Positions 22,002-32,862 of a DNA stretch of 64,000 nucleotides are shown one piece after another. Each line of letters opens with the position of its first letter. Within the stretch, counting starts at the first letter, position 1. The translations under genes were made by a program, and so were the position numbers. The notes beneath the pieces were generated by a model. It was given only the letters and a program-made list of their open reading frames with translations, was not told the origin of the DNA and did no database searches. The DNA comes from an uncultured delta proteobacterium (GTDB lineage: Bacteria; Myxococcota; UBA727; VGSZ01): contig CAVZJB010000007.1 in NCBI GenBank assembly GCA_963775425.1, forward strand, positions 1 through 64,000. The letters are read 5' to 3'.

Positions 22002-23236
22002 GCCTGCACCAGGAAGCCGAGGCGGCGCCCGTTGTAGCCGTACAGCTCCGGGTTGAGCCCGGCCAGGTGCAGGAGCGTGGCGCCGAGGTCGTCGAGGATC
22101 AGGTGGTCGCCGGCGTCGTCGGGCTTGCCGGTCTTGAAGTCGACCTTCACGCCCTCCATGCGCTTGCCGGTGGGGACGAAGGTCTGCCCCGTCACCACGC
22201 CCGGCCCCATCACGAGGTAGTGCGCCTCGGGGAAGTGGTCCTTGCCGAGGTTGCCGTTGATGACCGGGAAGCGCCCGAGCTCGCTGCCGACGACGACGAC
22301 GGTCTGCTCCGCAAGCGTCCCGTGCTCGTTCCTGCGGGTGTGCAGGCCGTCGAGGAAGCGGGAGAAGATGTTGACGAAGTCGCCGGTGGCACGGGTCTGC
22401 TTCTTCTCGTTGCGGTAGTGGCTGTCCCAGTCGAACTGGATCTTGCACATCACGCCGCGACACAGGTCGTGCTCCAGGAACCACAGCGTGCGCTGCAGAT
22501 CCTCGCCGCCGCGACGGGCGTCGCCGCCGTGGGTCTCCCAGCTCTCGGGCTTGAAGCGCGGCAGCCCCACGAGCCGCTGGAAGAACGCCTGCACCTGCTC
22601 GACGTGATCGCGCGTGATCTCCTCGCGCCCTGACAGGTGCGACGGGAGCTCCTTGAGGTGCTTGGCGTACGACTTGGCCAGCATGGCCGCTTCCTCGTCG
22701 CTGAGCTCGTCGACGACGTCGAGGGACGTGGTCTTGTCGCCGACGCCCGTGGGCGCGATGAGAGAGCCGGGGGACGCGTCGAAGCTGGCGAGCTTGCCGA
22801 GCGTAACGCTCGACAGCGGCTGCCCGTCCCGGCGCTGCCCGATGATGTCGTGCAGCGACGGCATCGACGGCTCCACCGACGTGCGCATGCGCGCGACCTG
22901 GTAGGCGCCGGTCTGGTGGTTGGCCGTGGACACCTGCACGCCTCGCACGATCGCCATCTGCTCCGCGAAGCGAGCCAGCGGGCGGAAGTGGGGGCCCAAT
23001 TGCATTTTGCCGGTGTCGACGATGGCGTCCGGCCCGTAGGGGACGTCGACGTCTTTGTCGACGTCGGCGCGGGTCCTGGGGTTCGTGGTGTAGACGGCGT
23101 CGATCCCTCCGCGCAGGAAAATCGTGACGAAGTAGCGCGGCGTCTTGGGGCTCGGCGGCGTGGCGCGAAGGCGGGGCAGCCCACCGAGGAGGTAGGCGGC
23201 GACGGCGGTCTTGAGCAAATCGCGGCGAGCGAGCAT
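21998..23236 (-). CDS. DUF1501-family Tat-exported protein (copy B)
   Basis: MLARRDLLK Tat motif, FLRGGID, DWDSH, VGSELGRFP, GKDHF. ATG at 23236. Confidence 0.8.
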   Translation of the reverse strand: MLARRDLLKTAVAAYLLGGLPRLRATPPSPKTPRYFVTIFLRGGIDAVYTTNPRTRADVDKDVDVPYGPDAIVDTGKMQLGPHFRPLARFAEQMAIVRGVQVSTANHQTGAYQVARMRTSVEPSMPSLHDIIGQRRDGQPLSSVTLGKLASFDASPGSLIAPTGVGDKTTSLDVVDELSDEEAAMLAKSYAKHLKELPSHLSGREEITRDHVEQVQAFFQRLVGLPRFKPESWETHGGDARRGGEDLQRTLWFLEHDLCRGVMCKIQFDWDSHYRNEKKQTRATGDFVNIFSRFLDGLHTRRNEHGTLAEQTVVVVGSELGRFPVINGNLGKDHFPEAHYLVMGPGVVTGQTFVPTGKRMEGVKVDFKTGKPDDAGDHLILDDLGATLLHLAGLNPELYGYNGRRLGFLVQA

Positions 23237-23399
23237 TCCTGCGGTGTACCGCAAGGAGACGACGTCGACAAACGCCGATCGGGTCGGGCGCCACCGCGAC
23301 TTTTCGCCTCGCTTCCTCGTGCCCGCAGTGGCGGGCGGCCCGACGCCGCAGTAAGCACCACAAACGCGGCAGGGACGCGATGACAGGGAGTCGAGGCGC

Positions 23400-24162
23400 A
23401 TGCTCGAAGGGCACAAGATCTGCGTGGTGATGCCGGCGTACAATGCCGCGCTGACGCTGGAACGCACCGTCTCGGAGATCCCGGCGGAGATCGTCGATGA
23501 CATCATCGTCGTCGACGATTGCTCCACGGATGACACGGCCGCCGTCGCGCGCCGCATCGGCGTGCACACAATCGAGCACGATCAGAACCGCGGCTACGGC
23601 GGCAATCAAAAGACCTGTTATGCGGCGGCCCTGCAGCGCGGCGCCGACATCGTGGTGATGGTCCACCCCGACTACCAATACACGCCGCAGGCTGATCCCG
23701 GCGTTGGCGAGCTGCATCACCTCGGGCCTGTACGACGTCGCGCTCGGGAGCCGCATCCTGGGAGGGCGCTCGCTGTCGGGCGGCATGCCGCTGTACAAGT
23801 ACGTCGCCAACCGCTTCCTCACGCTCGCCGAGAACGTGCTCCTGCAGGAGAAGCTCGCCGAGTACCACACAGGCTATCGGGCGTTCTCCCGGCGGCTGTT
23901 GGAGACCCTCCCGCTCGAGGAGAACGAGGACGACTTCGTGTTCGACAACCAGATGCTGGTGCAGGCCGTGGCATTCGGCTTCACCATTGCCGAGGTCACC
24001 TGTCCGACCAAATATTTCGAAGAGGCGTCGTCGATCAATTTCCGCCGCAGCGTCAAGTACGGCTTCGGCGTGTTGTCGACGGCGGCGCAGTTTCGCTTGA
24101 AGAAGCTCGGCCTCGCGGACCCCGCGTTTCTGCGCTCCGGCGGCCGGCGCCTGCTCAAGTGA
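23400..24162 (+). CDS. GT2 DPM1-like glycosyltransferase, frameshifted near 23688
   Basis: [31 protein letters not shown], then [17 protein letters not shown] in a different frame. Confidence 0.85.
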
Positions 24163-24163
24163 G

Positions 24164-25087
24164 TCAGCGCGGCTTCTCCGCCACCACGAGCTGGGAGATG
24201 CCGACGAACGGCACGCGATACGGGACGTGCCGCAGGAACTGGAACAACGCCTGGGGCGTCTTGTTCGGGAAGATGAGCCCGCAGCGCTCGTAGTGGTCCG
24301 TCTGCAGGCCGGCGCGCCGGACCTGATCGAGGACGTAGCGGCGGTTGAAGCGAAGCACCCAGCGGTGCTCGGGGTCGTAGATCGAAAAGAGGAACTGCGC
24401 GAGGTTGAACGGGTTTGGCTCGAAGAACAGGACGTAGCGGCGGCTGACGCGCGCCATCTCCTTGAGGGCCCGCCACGGCTCCGGCACGTGATGCAGGAGC
24501 TCCCAGCAAAAGACGAGATCGAAAGAGCCGCTTTCGAAGGGCAGCGCCATGGCGTCGGCGATCACGCGCGCGTCGCCGGGGTGGCGCGAGAGCATGCGCC
24601 AGCTCCCGTCGGTGGCGACCATGTCGATGCCCGGCGGGGCGTACAGCGTCGAAAAGCCGTTGCCGGCGCCGACGTCGAGCGCGCTGTGCACCGTGGAGAG
24701 GTCGAGGTGCTTCGCCAGGTGTCGCCAGCGCTGGCGGGAGAAGCCCTCGACGACGGGGTGGCCGGCGTCGCGGTGCGCCGTGTCCGCCTCCCAATAGTCG
24801 CGCTGGCGATGCGCGTCGGTGCCGAACGCCGCCGCGCGCGGCGCCGCCTGCGCGTCGCGCTCGGCGTGCAGCGGGCTCGTGGGCGTGACGACGACGGGGA
24901 TGCCGTCTTTGACGGGATAATGCTCGCCGCACGCCCCGCAGCGGAGCTCGTCGCCGGCGGACACCAGCGGGCGCTCGTCGCCGCGCTCGATGCACGCCGG
25001 GCAGCGCAGGCGCTCCACGAGGCGATCGTGGCGCGCGCCGGCGTCGGCGGATTCACGCGAGGGCGTTGGTTGGCCGGCGCTCAGCAT
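24164..25087 (-). CDS. Trm112-like Zn-finger fused to class I SAM methyltransferase
   Basis: LRCPAC..LRCGACGEHYPVKDGIP, LDVGAGNG, LPFESGSFDLV, LLHHV. Confidence 0.85.
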   Translation of the reverse strand: MLSAGQPTPSRESADAGARHDRLVERLRCPACIERGDERPLVSAGDELRCGACGEHYPVKDGIPVVVTPTSPLHAERDAQAAPRAAAFGTDAHRQRDYWEADTAHRDAGHPVVEGFSRQRWRHLAKHLDLSTVHSALDVGAGNGFSTLYAPPGIDMVATDGSWRMLSRHPGDARVIADAMALPFESGSFDLVFCWELLHHVPEPWRALKEMARVSRRYVLFFEPNPFNLAQFLFSIYDPEHRWVLRFNRRYVLDQVRRAGLQTDHYERCGLIFPNKTPQALFQFLRHVPYRVPFVGISQLVVAEKPR

Positions 25088-25088
25088 G

Positions 25089-27122
25089 TCATTCCCCTGC
25101 CGAAGGTGGTCGGCGCCCGATCAGGTGTGGGAGCAGCGCGCGCGAGCGCTGGAGCGGCGTCGCGCGCACCGGTCCTCCGGCGGGCTCAGGGCTCGGTTTC
25201 GGCTCCGGCATCGGACCGATGAACGGCGGCGGCGGCGGCGGCGCCTCCGGCGTCACCTCGCCCTTCGCCAGCGCCTGCGCGAGCTTCTCGATGGACAGGA
25301 CGCGATCGTTGCCCACCGCGTACACGATGGCGCTCTTGGGCGCGCGCGGGATGGCGAAGCCCTTCTTCTTGTTCTGCAGGAAGATGCGCGCGAGGTCTCT
25401 CTTCATCGGCGCGAACAGCTTGGTGTCGACGCGCGTGGTCAGGTTGGCGTTGTAGACGAGGTAGTCGATCTTCTCCTGGCGCGCGCGCGCGACGATATCG
25501 GCGAGGTTGGTGCCGTAGAGGAGGTCGCCGTAGACGAGGCGGATGCGCCGCTCGTTCTCCTTGAAGTAGCCGGGCCGGAACGGGTGGGCGAGGTTCTTGG
25601 TGACGTAGACGCGGTGGTACGCGAACAGCGGAATGCGGTCGGCGTAATAGAACTGGCCCGCGAGCTGCGAGGTCAGCGGCAACGTGCGCACGAACGCATA
25701 GAGCCGCGCCTCGCCGCGCGTGGTGAAATATGTGGCGGGCTGCCGCGACAGGCCGTCGCCGTACATGGCGAACATCGGCACCACGGCGAGCACCAGCGCC
25801 GCGCACGAGGCCACCAGGCGCCAGCGCACCACGTTTCTGAGCACCGCCCACCACAAAAGCGGCATGGCGGCGCACGTGACGTACGAGGTGACGTGCTGCA
25901 GCGGCCGGTACGGCAGGTAGAACTTGAACGCGAAGACTCTCGCGAAGAAGTAGGCGACGACGGCGCTGGCGAACAGCAGGAGCAGCTCCCACGGCACCAT
26001 GTCCTCGAAGCGCTGGCCCCGCCGCCGTTTGTAGGCGGCGATGGCGGCGCACGCCGCGAGGCCGAGCGCGAAGAACGTGAGCCAACCCGCGCCGTGGTGG
26101 GCCAGCATGCGCGCGCCCAGCCTCGGCGCCAGGACGTGTCCGCCCCTGATGAAGGCGCGCTTGCAGTGACGGTCCAGCTCGCCCGGCCACGGGCGCAGCG
26201 GAGCCTCGTGGATGCGCCCGCCGGGTCCCCACGACGGCATCTTGAGCGCCTGCTCGAGCGTGACCACGCTGCCCCACCACGCGGGGGCCTGGATGTCCTG
26301 GTACTTGCCGAAGCCGATGATGAGCAGCCCGGCGACGAACATGCCCGCCATGCGCCGCAGCCGCACGCGCATGGGCCCGGCGACGCAGACAAAGATGCCG
26401 TACGCGAAGCCGCACGGCATGACGACGCTCGGATAAAACGCCGCCTGCAAGACCAGGATGCCGAGCGTGAGCTTGTGGCGCCGGCGCAAAAACGCGCCGA
26501 GGAACAGCAACACGAGCAGCGGGCCGAAGGAGCGCGCGTAGCCGCCGGCGATGATGCCGTGGAAGTCCGGCGTGCGCACGAGCAGCGCGCAGGCGGCGAT
26601 GCCGACGAAGTGGTTGGAGCGCGGCGTGACGGCGACGTACATCGCGACGCACGTGACGACGTAGGCGACGAGGTTGAGCGTCTTGGCCGCCCACAAGGGG
26701 CCGATCATCGACGACAGCGTGGCCATCAGCGCCCACCACACCGGCGGCGCGTGCATGACGAAGGCGTAGTCGGTGAGGAGGTCGCCCGGCGGGAACGCCC
26801 CGCTCACCTTGTAGCGCCAGTACTGCCACACGGCCTGGGCCTGGTCCCCGTCGAGCGCCCACGGGTCGAAGATGCCGTGGAAGCGGATGCGCATCCCGTC
26901 GACGAGGAACACGATGAACGCGAGCGTGGTGACGACGACGAGGATGCGGCCGACGAGCGAGTCCGGCCAGTAACGCCACGGCGCAGGTGACGGCGCGGGC
27001 GGCGCAGGCGGCGCAGGCGGCGGCGCGTGCTCCGTCGGCGGCGTCGGCGCGGCCTCCGCAGCAGGCCCACCGGCCGGCGGAACGTCGGCGGGGGGCGGGT
27101 CCGGCGTCGTCGAGTCGCTCAC
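25089..27122 (-). CDS. GT-C-like integral membrane protein, paralog 3
   Basis: LDGDQAQAVWQYWRY..DYAFVMHAPPVWW, GGYARSFGP, LAHPFRPGY. Closest to paralog 2. Confidence 0.7.
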   Translation of the reverse strand: MSDSTTPDPPPADVPPAGGPAAEAAPTPPTEHAPPPAPPAPPAPSPAPWRYWPDSLVGRILVVVTTLAFIVFLVDGMRIRFHGIFDPWALDGDQAQAVWQYWRYKVSGAFPPGDLLTDYAFVMHAPPVWWALMATLSSMIGPLWAAKTLNLVAYVVTCVAMYVAVTPRSNHFVGIAACALLVRTPDFHGIIAGGYARSFGPLLVLLFLGAFLRRRHKLTLGILVLQAAFYPSVVMPCGFAYGIFVCVAGPMRVRLRRMAGMFVAGLLIIGFGKYQDIQAPAWWGSVVTLEQALKMPSWGPGGRIHEAPLRPWPGELDRHCKRAFIRGGHVLAPRLGARMLAHHGAGWLTFFALGLAACAAIAAYKRRRGQRFEDMVPWELLLLFASAVVAYFFARVFAFKFYLPYRPLQHVTSYVTCAAMPLLWWAVLRNVVRWRLVASCAALVLAVVPMFAMYGDGLSRQPATYFTTRGEARLYAFVRTLPLTSQLAGQFYYADRIPLFAYHRVYVTKNLAHPFRPGYFKENERRIRLVYGDLLYGTNLADIVARARQEKIDYLVYNANLTTRVDTKLFAPMKRDLARIFLQNKKKGFAIPRAPKSAIVYAVGNDRVLSIEKLAQALAKGEVTPEAPPPPPPFIGPMPEPKPSPEPAGGPVRATPLQRSRALLPHLIGRRPPSAGE

Positions 27123-27201
27123 CGCGCCCGGCTAGCATGCCCGACGTGGCAGCGGAAGGAACGGCGCAGGGCGAGCGCAGCGTCGGTGTCCAGGGCGGCG
27201 G

Positions 27202-29001
27202 TCATCGGGCCGTCGCGGCGCCCTGGGGCGGGGCGCCCTGGGCGCTGCCGGCGCCGACGGGGGCTTCCGGGCCCTGTGCGCGTACCCACGCGCTCAGCTT
27301 CTTCATGTCGAGGATCCGGTAGTCCTTCCATGAATAGATGACGGCGGCCGCAGGCGGATGCTCGAGCACCATGCGGCCCTTGGCCGCGGCGAAGATCCGC
27401 TCGATCTTGGTCTTCGCCGGCTGGAACATCCAGTGCTCCGTCGAGCGGAGCTTCTGCAGGTTGTAGACGAAGTAGTCGATCTTCTCCCGCTCGCCGAACG
27501 CCGCGAGCTCCGTGAACGATGTCGCGTACAGCGCACGTGACTGTTCGACGAGGCGGCGCTCCTGCTCCGCGTACAGGCCCGGGCGGAACGGGTGCGTCAT
27601 GGTGCGGTTCGACCACGCCGCGTGGTAGGTGAACGCGCCCATGACGTCGGCGACGTAGTTGTCGGACGCGATGGTGGCGTCGAAGGGGAGCTTGCGCATG
27701 CGCTCGAACAGCGGCGCCGTGTTCTTGTGGTCCTTGTAGAAGCTCCCCGGGGCGAGGGCGTCGCCGCGGATGAGGAAGGCCGGCAGCACCGTCAAGACGA
27801 CGGCGACGGCGACGGCGACGGCACGCCGCGGTCCCACCACCGCGCGCGCGCCGCACCACGCGAGCAGCGGAAGCCCGGTCTGCACGAGAAACGGGATCAC
27901 GTACGTGAGCTGCCGCTGGGGCAGGAAGAACTTGAACGCGAAGAAGCGCGCGATGAAGTAGCCGACCAGAGAGCCGCCGAGGACCGCCCAGAATTGCCAC
28001 GGGAAGCGCGCGTCTTTGTCGACGTGGACCCCGCGACGGAAGCGCCGCCACCGGTCGACGGCGATGGCGATGCCCGCGAGCGCCGCCGGCACGACGACGA
28101 GCAGGGCGTCATGGCGGCGGACGAACGCCCTGATGCTGGCGGGCGCGAGCGTGTCGCCGTTTTCCTTGTAGGAGCGCGCGAACTGCGCGGTGATGCTCGG
28201 CAGCCACGGGCGCAGCGGCACCTCGCCGAAGCGGCCGCCCTTGTGCCACGCCGGCATCTTGTCCGCCTGCTCGACGGTGACGAGCGGGCCCCACCAGTCC
28301 GGCGACTTGAGGTCCTGGTACTTGCCGAGCGCGATGATGAGCAGCCCGGCCACGAGCATGCCCGCCATGCGCCGCCGGCGGTCGCGCATCGTCGGGCCCG
28401 CGAGCACCGTATAGGCGCCGTAGGTGAGGCCGCATGCCATGGCGATCACCGGATACAGACCGGCGGAAAGAACCAGCACGAACAGGCAGAGCAGGTGGCG
28501 CTTCTCGAGGAACGCCGCCAGGAACGCCACGCACAACACGGGCCCCCAACTGCGCGCGATGCCCGTGCCGAACACGATCCACATCTCGGGGTTGCGCGCG
28601 ACGATGAAGCCCGCGGCGATGCCGAGGAGCCACTCGCCGGAGTGCTTCCCGACGACGTAGACGACGCCGACCATGAGCAGCGCCCACGCGAGGATGTGCG
28701 TGATCTTTGCCCCCGTGAGCGGGAGCAGGAACGTGGACAGCAGCGCCATCCACGCCCGCTGAAACGGCGGCGAGTGATAGGCGAACGCGTAGTCCGTGAG
28801 GAGCTGGCCGGGCGGCAGCGCGCCATGCACGTGGTAGCGCCAGTATTGCCAGGCGCCCTGGATCTGATCGCCGTCGACGGCGTACTCGCCCCACGCCCCG
28901 GCAAAGCGCAGCGAGAGCATCTTGAGGAAGTACGCCGCGAGGAGCATCGCGCCGACCACACGCGCAATCCGCCAACGACACTCGCTCGCGCTCACGTCCA
29001 T
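27202..29001 (-). CDS. GT-C-like integral membrane protein, paralog 4
   Basis: VDGDQIQGAWQYWRY..LPPGQLLTDYAFAYHSPP, GIARSWGP, THPFRPGLY, EKIDYFV. ATG at 29001. Confidence 0.65.
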   Translation of the reverse strand: MDVSASECRWRIARVVGAMLLAAYFLKMLSLRFAGAWGEYAVDGDQIQGAWQYWRYHVHGALPPGQLLTDYAFAYHSPPFQRAWMALLSTFLLPLTGAKITHILAWALLMVGVVYVVGKHSGEWLLGIAAGFIVARNPEMWIVFGTGIARSWGPVLCVAFLAAFLEKRHLLCLFVLVLSAGLYPVIAMACGLTYGAYTVLAGPTMRDRRRRMAGMLVAGLLIIALGKYQDLKSPDWWGPLVTVEQADKMPAWHKGGRFGEVPLRPWLPSITAQFARSYKENGDTLAPASIRAFVRRHDALLVVVPAALAGIAIAVDRWRRFRRGVHVDKDARFPWQFWAVLGGSLVGYFIARFFAFKFFLPQRQLTYVIPFLVQTGLPLLAWCGARAVVGPRRAVAVAVAVVLTVLPAFLIRGDALAPGSFYKDHKNTAPLFERMRKLPFDATIASDNYVADVMGAFTYHAAWSNRTMTHPFRPGLYAEQERRLVEQSRALYATSFTELAAFGEREKIDYFVYNLQKLRSTEHWMFQPAKTKIERIFAAAKGRMVLEHPPAAAVIYSWKDYRILDMKKLSAWVRAQGPEAPVGAGSAQGAPPQGAATAR

Positions 29002-29095
29002 GACGCCGGCGTTGTGACACAACCCGCGCCCCGCGTCAGCCGACCTGTCACGGGCGGGCATTGTCGAGGGCCGCCGCCTTGCGTAGCTCGGGGCC

Positions 29096-30153
<1,058 letters not shown>

Positions 30154-30157
<4 letters not shown>

Positions 30158-31026
30158 CGTCGCCGCCTGCGACGGACAAGGCGCCGCGCCACGAAGCGGG
30201 GCGTGCAGCGGGCTCGACGGTGGTGGTCAAGGTCGGCGGCGACGTCCTCCTCGACGACGCGCAACGCCGGGGCCTCGGCGACAACGTGCGCGAGCTCGTC
30301 CACGGCGGGGCCCGCGTGGTGATCGTCCACGGCGGCGGGCCGCAGGCGACGGCGCTTCAGGAGCGCGTCGGCCTCAAGGCCGAAAAGGTCGCCGGGCGCC
30401 GGATCACGTCGCCGGCGGATCTGGTGGTCGTCGAGCAGGCCATCTGCGGCGAGGTCAACGTCGGCATGGTCTCCGCGCTCCTCGCCGCCGGCGTGCGCGC
30501 CTTCGGCTGCCACGGCGCCTCCGGCGGCATGGTGCGCGCCGTCAAGCGACCGCCGGCGAAGGTCGCCGGCGCCGAAGCCCCCGTGGACTTCGGCGAGGTC
30601 GGCGACGTCACGCGCGTCGACACGGCCCCGCTCGAGGCGCTCCTCGCCTGCGGCCTCGTCCCGGTGGTGGCCACCCTCGGCGTCGACGACAGCGGCCGCA
30701 TCTTCAACATCAACGCCGACACGGTCGCCGCCGCCGTGGCCGGGGCGCTCTCCGCCGACGCGCTCCTGCTCGTCACCGCCGTGGGCGGCGTCTTTCGCGA
30801 CCTCGCCGATGCGTCGACGCGCCTTCGCACGCTCACGCCCGCAGACGCGCGCGCCCTCATCGCCGACGGCACCGTCCAGGGCGGCATGATCCCCAAGGTG
30901 GAGGAGGCGCTCGGCATCCTCGATCAAGGCGTCGGCGCCGTCGCCATCGTCGGTGCCCAGGACCAAGGCGCCTTCCGCTCGGCCCTGGCCGGCGACGGCG
31001 CGCGCGGCACGCGCTTCGCTCGCTGA
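30154..31026 (+). CDS. argB: Acetylglutamate kinase
   Basis: VVKVGG, VHGGGPQ, GRRIT, NINADTVA, GGMIPKV. ATGA overlap with argC. Confidence 0.9.
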
Positions 31027-31038
31027 CACGCCACGCGA

Positions 31039-31965
31039 TCAGTCGGCGTGCATCACGGCGCCGCACAGCGAGTTGTGCAGGGCGTCGGCCACGCCGAGGC
31101 AGAGCACCGCGAGCGGCTTGCCGTCGAGGTAGGTGATGCCCGCGACGGCGCGCGGATGCACCTCGCACTGCGCGGGCTCGCCGGCGATTGTGCAGCGCAC
31201 GGGCCGGCCCTCGCTGCCGTCGCCGAGCGCGTCGAGCGTGGCCGCCACCGCGTTCGTGGCGTCCTCCATTCGTCCGTAGCGTCGCCAGGACATCGTGACG
31301 CCGTCCTTGCAGCTCGCGTCGCCCCCGCCGGGGACGAGCTTGGCCTTGCACGTCGTCGGCACCGACAGCGAGCGGCCGAAGACCGTCACCGGGACCTTCT
31401 CCTCGTGCGGCGCCGCGGCGCCCTCCGACGACGCGCTCGCCTCGGCGGCGGGCGGCTCGAGCCCGGTCGACAGGAACGCCCCCACCAGGGCCTTGCAGCG
31501 CTCGTAGCCGGCCTCGGGCGACGCGCACCACACCTCCTGCACGTCGTCGTTGGACACGCTGCGCACCGTGCCGATCACGGCGCCCTCGGGCGCGGCCGTG
31601 GCAGGGTCGAGGATGCGCGCGCGATCCAGGAGGCCGCTCGGGCCCTCGGTGGCGACGACGATTCGATCCCACTCGAGCTTCCCGCCGAGCGTCTGCGCCA
31701 TGCCGTAGGCCTCGGCGCGATAGCGCGGCTCCGCCGCCGTCGCCTTGCGCGACTTGACCGCGAAGGTCACCTCGCCACCGCAGCGCATGCGCACTACGCC
31801 GTCGCTGCCGCCGGGGTCACACCCGTCCAGGAGCCTGCCGAGCGGCGCCAGGCCCACCGGCAAGTCGCGCGTGGTGCCGGCCGTGCTCGTCGCGCACGCC
31901 GCCGCGGCCACGGTCACGCAAAGAGCCACGACCTCTCGAAGGGCGCGGCGACGGTTGAGTCCCAT
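31039..31965 (-). CDS. Hypothetical Cys-containing lipoprotein
   Basis: ATG at 31965, lipobox-like VAAAAC, two Cys-bearing halves separated by a linker. Confidence 0.6.
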   Translation of the reverse strand: MGLNRRRALREVVALCVTVAAAACATSTAGTTRDLPVGLAPLGRLLDGCDPGGSDGVVRMRCGGEVTFAVKSRKATAAEPRYRAEAYGMAQTLGGKLEWDRIVVATEGPSGLLDRARILDPATAAPEGAVIGTVRSVSNDDVQEVWCASPEAGYERCKALVGAFLSTGLEPPAAEASASSEGAAAPHEEKVPVTVFGRSLSVPTTCKAKLVPGGGDASCKDGVTMSWRRYGRMEDATNAVAATLDALGDGSEGRPVRCTIAGEPAQCEVHPRAVAGITYLDGKPLAVLCLGVADALHNSLCGAVMHAD

Positions 31966-31989
31966 CGCTGTGGACGCTAGCACGCGCCC

Positions 31990-32862
31990 ATGAACACTGC
32001 GGGCCCCCCGGGCGACGACGACGGCGCCACACCGGACGAGCTCTTGCTCGAGCTCATGGACCTCGTCGCGCTCGCGTTTCCGGCACCGTTGTTCGAGATG
32101 ACCGTGAGCTTCGTCCCCAACGAGGATGGCCGGCGCCCGGCGCTCGCGAACCTCGACGGCAAGGGGCGCCCCGACAGCCCCAAGCGTCCCGACCTCGGGC
32201 ACAACGACAACAAGGTCCTCGACGCCATCAACGCGCTCCTGCGCGACTTCGTCGACGCCACGTACCTCGGCGGCGGCGTCCGCCCGCTGGAGGGACGCAT
32301 CGACATCAAGGCCGGCGACGACGGCGACCGCTTCGTCGAGCTCAAGGACGAGACCGGCGCCGTGCTCATGACCCGCCGCTTCGACAAGAGTGAGCTGCGC
32401 TGGCTGTTCTGGACCGCCCCGCTGTTCGCGGCGCTCGAAGCGACCGAGGCGCAAGAGCGCGCGCAGCGCGAGGCGCTCGACGCGGCGCTGAAGGCGTACG
32501 CGTCGTTTCGCATCGACATGCAGCAGGGAACGATCGAGTTCACGGGCGCCGCCGGGGGCAAGCAGTTCGCGTTCGAGCTCGTGGGGTCCTGGGCCGACGA
32601 GAGCAAGCGCTTCTTGTGGGGCTGGGCCAACGAGCAGGCGCCGGCGTCGGTGCGCAAGCGGGTCGACGCGCTGCGGGCGGCGTCGACGGGCGAGGGGCTG
32701 CGGGCGCTCACCGAGGAGAGCTTCGGCTGCCCCGAGGGCACCGCCGACCGCCTCGCGCGCCACGCCGCCGTGAAGATCGGCGCGACGGGCCTCTACCGCG
32801 CGCCGTTTTCGTCTTCCCAGGGGAAGGGGTTCATGTACCTGGCGCTGTTCGATGCCGCTTAG
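31990..32862 (+). CDS. DUF6882-domain protein
   Basis: C-terminal IDMQQGTIEF..ELVGSW..FLWGWAN..GATGLYRAP. Confidence 0.7.
   Translation: MNTAGPPGDDDGATPDELLLELMDLVALAFPAPLFEMTVSFVPNEDGRRPALANLDGKGRPDSPKRPDLGHNDNKVLDAINALLRDFVDATYLGGGVRPLEGRIDIKAGDDGDRFVELKDETGAVLMTRRFDKSELRWLFWTAPLFAALEATEAQERAQREALDAALKAYASFRIDMQQGTIEFTGAAGGKQFAFELVGSWADESKRFLWGWANEQAPASVRKRVDALRAASTGEGLRALTEESFGCPEGTADRLARHAAVKIGATGLYRAPFSSSQGKGFMYLALFDAA

Noticed and set aside
20178-23870. Single 1230-aa ORF
   Set aside because: Only the part from GTG 22001 is protein-like. The upstream part overlaps DUF1501-B and the GT2 in other frames.
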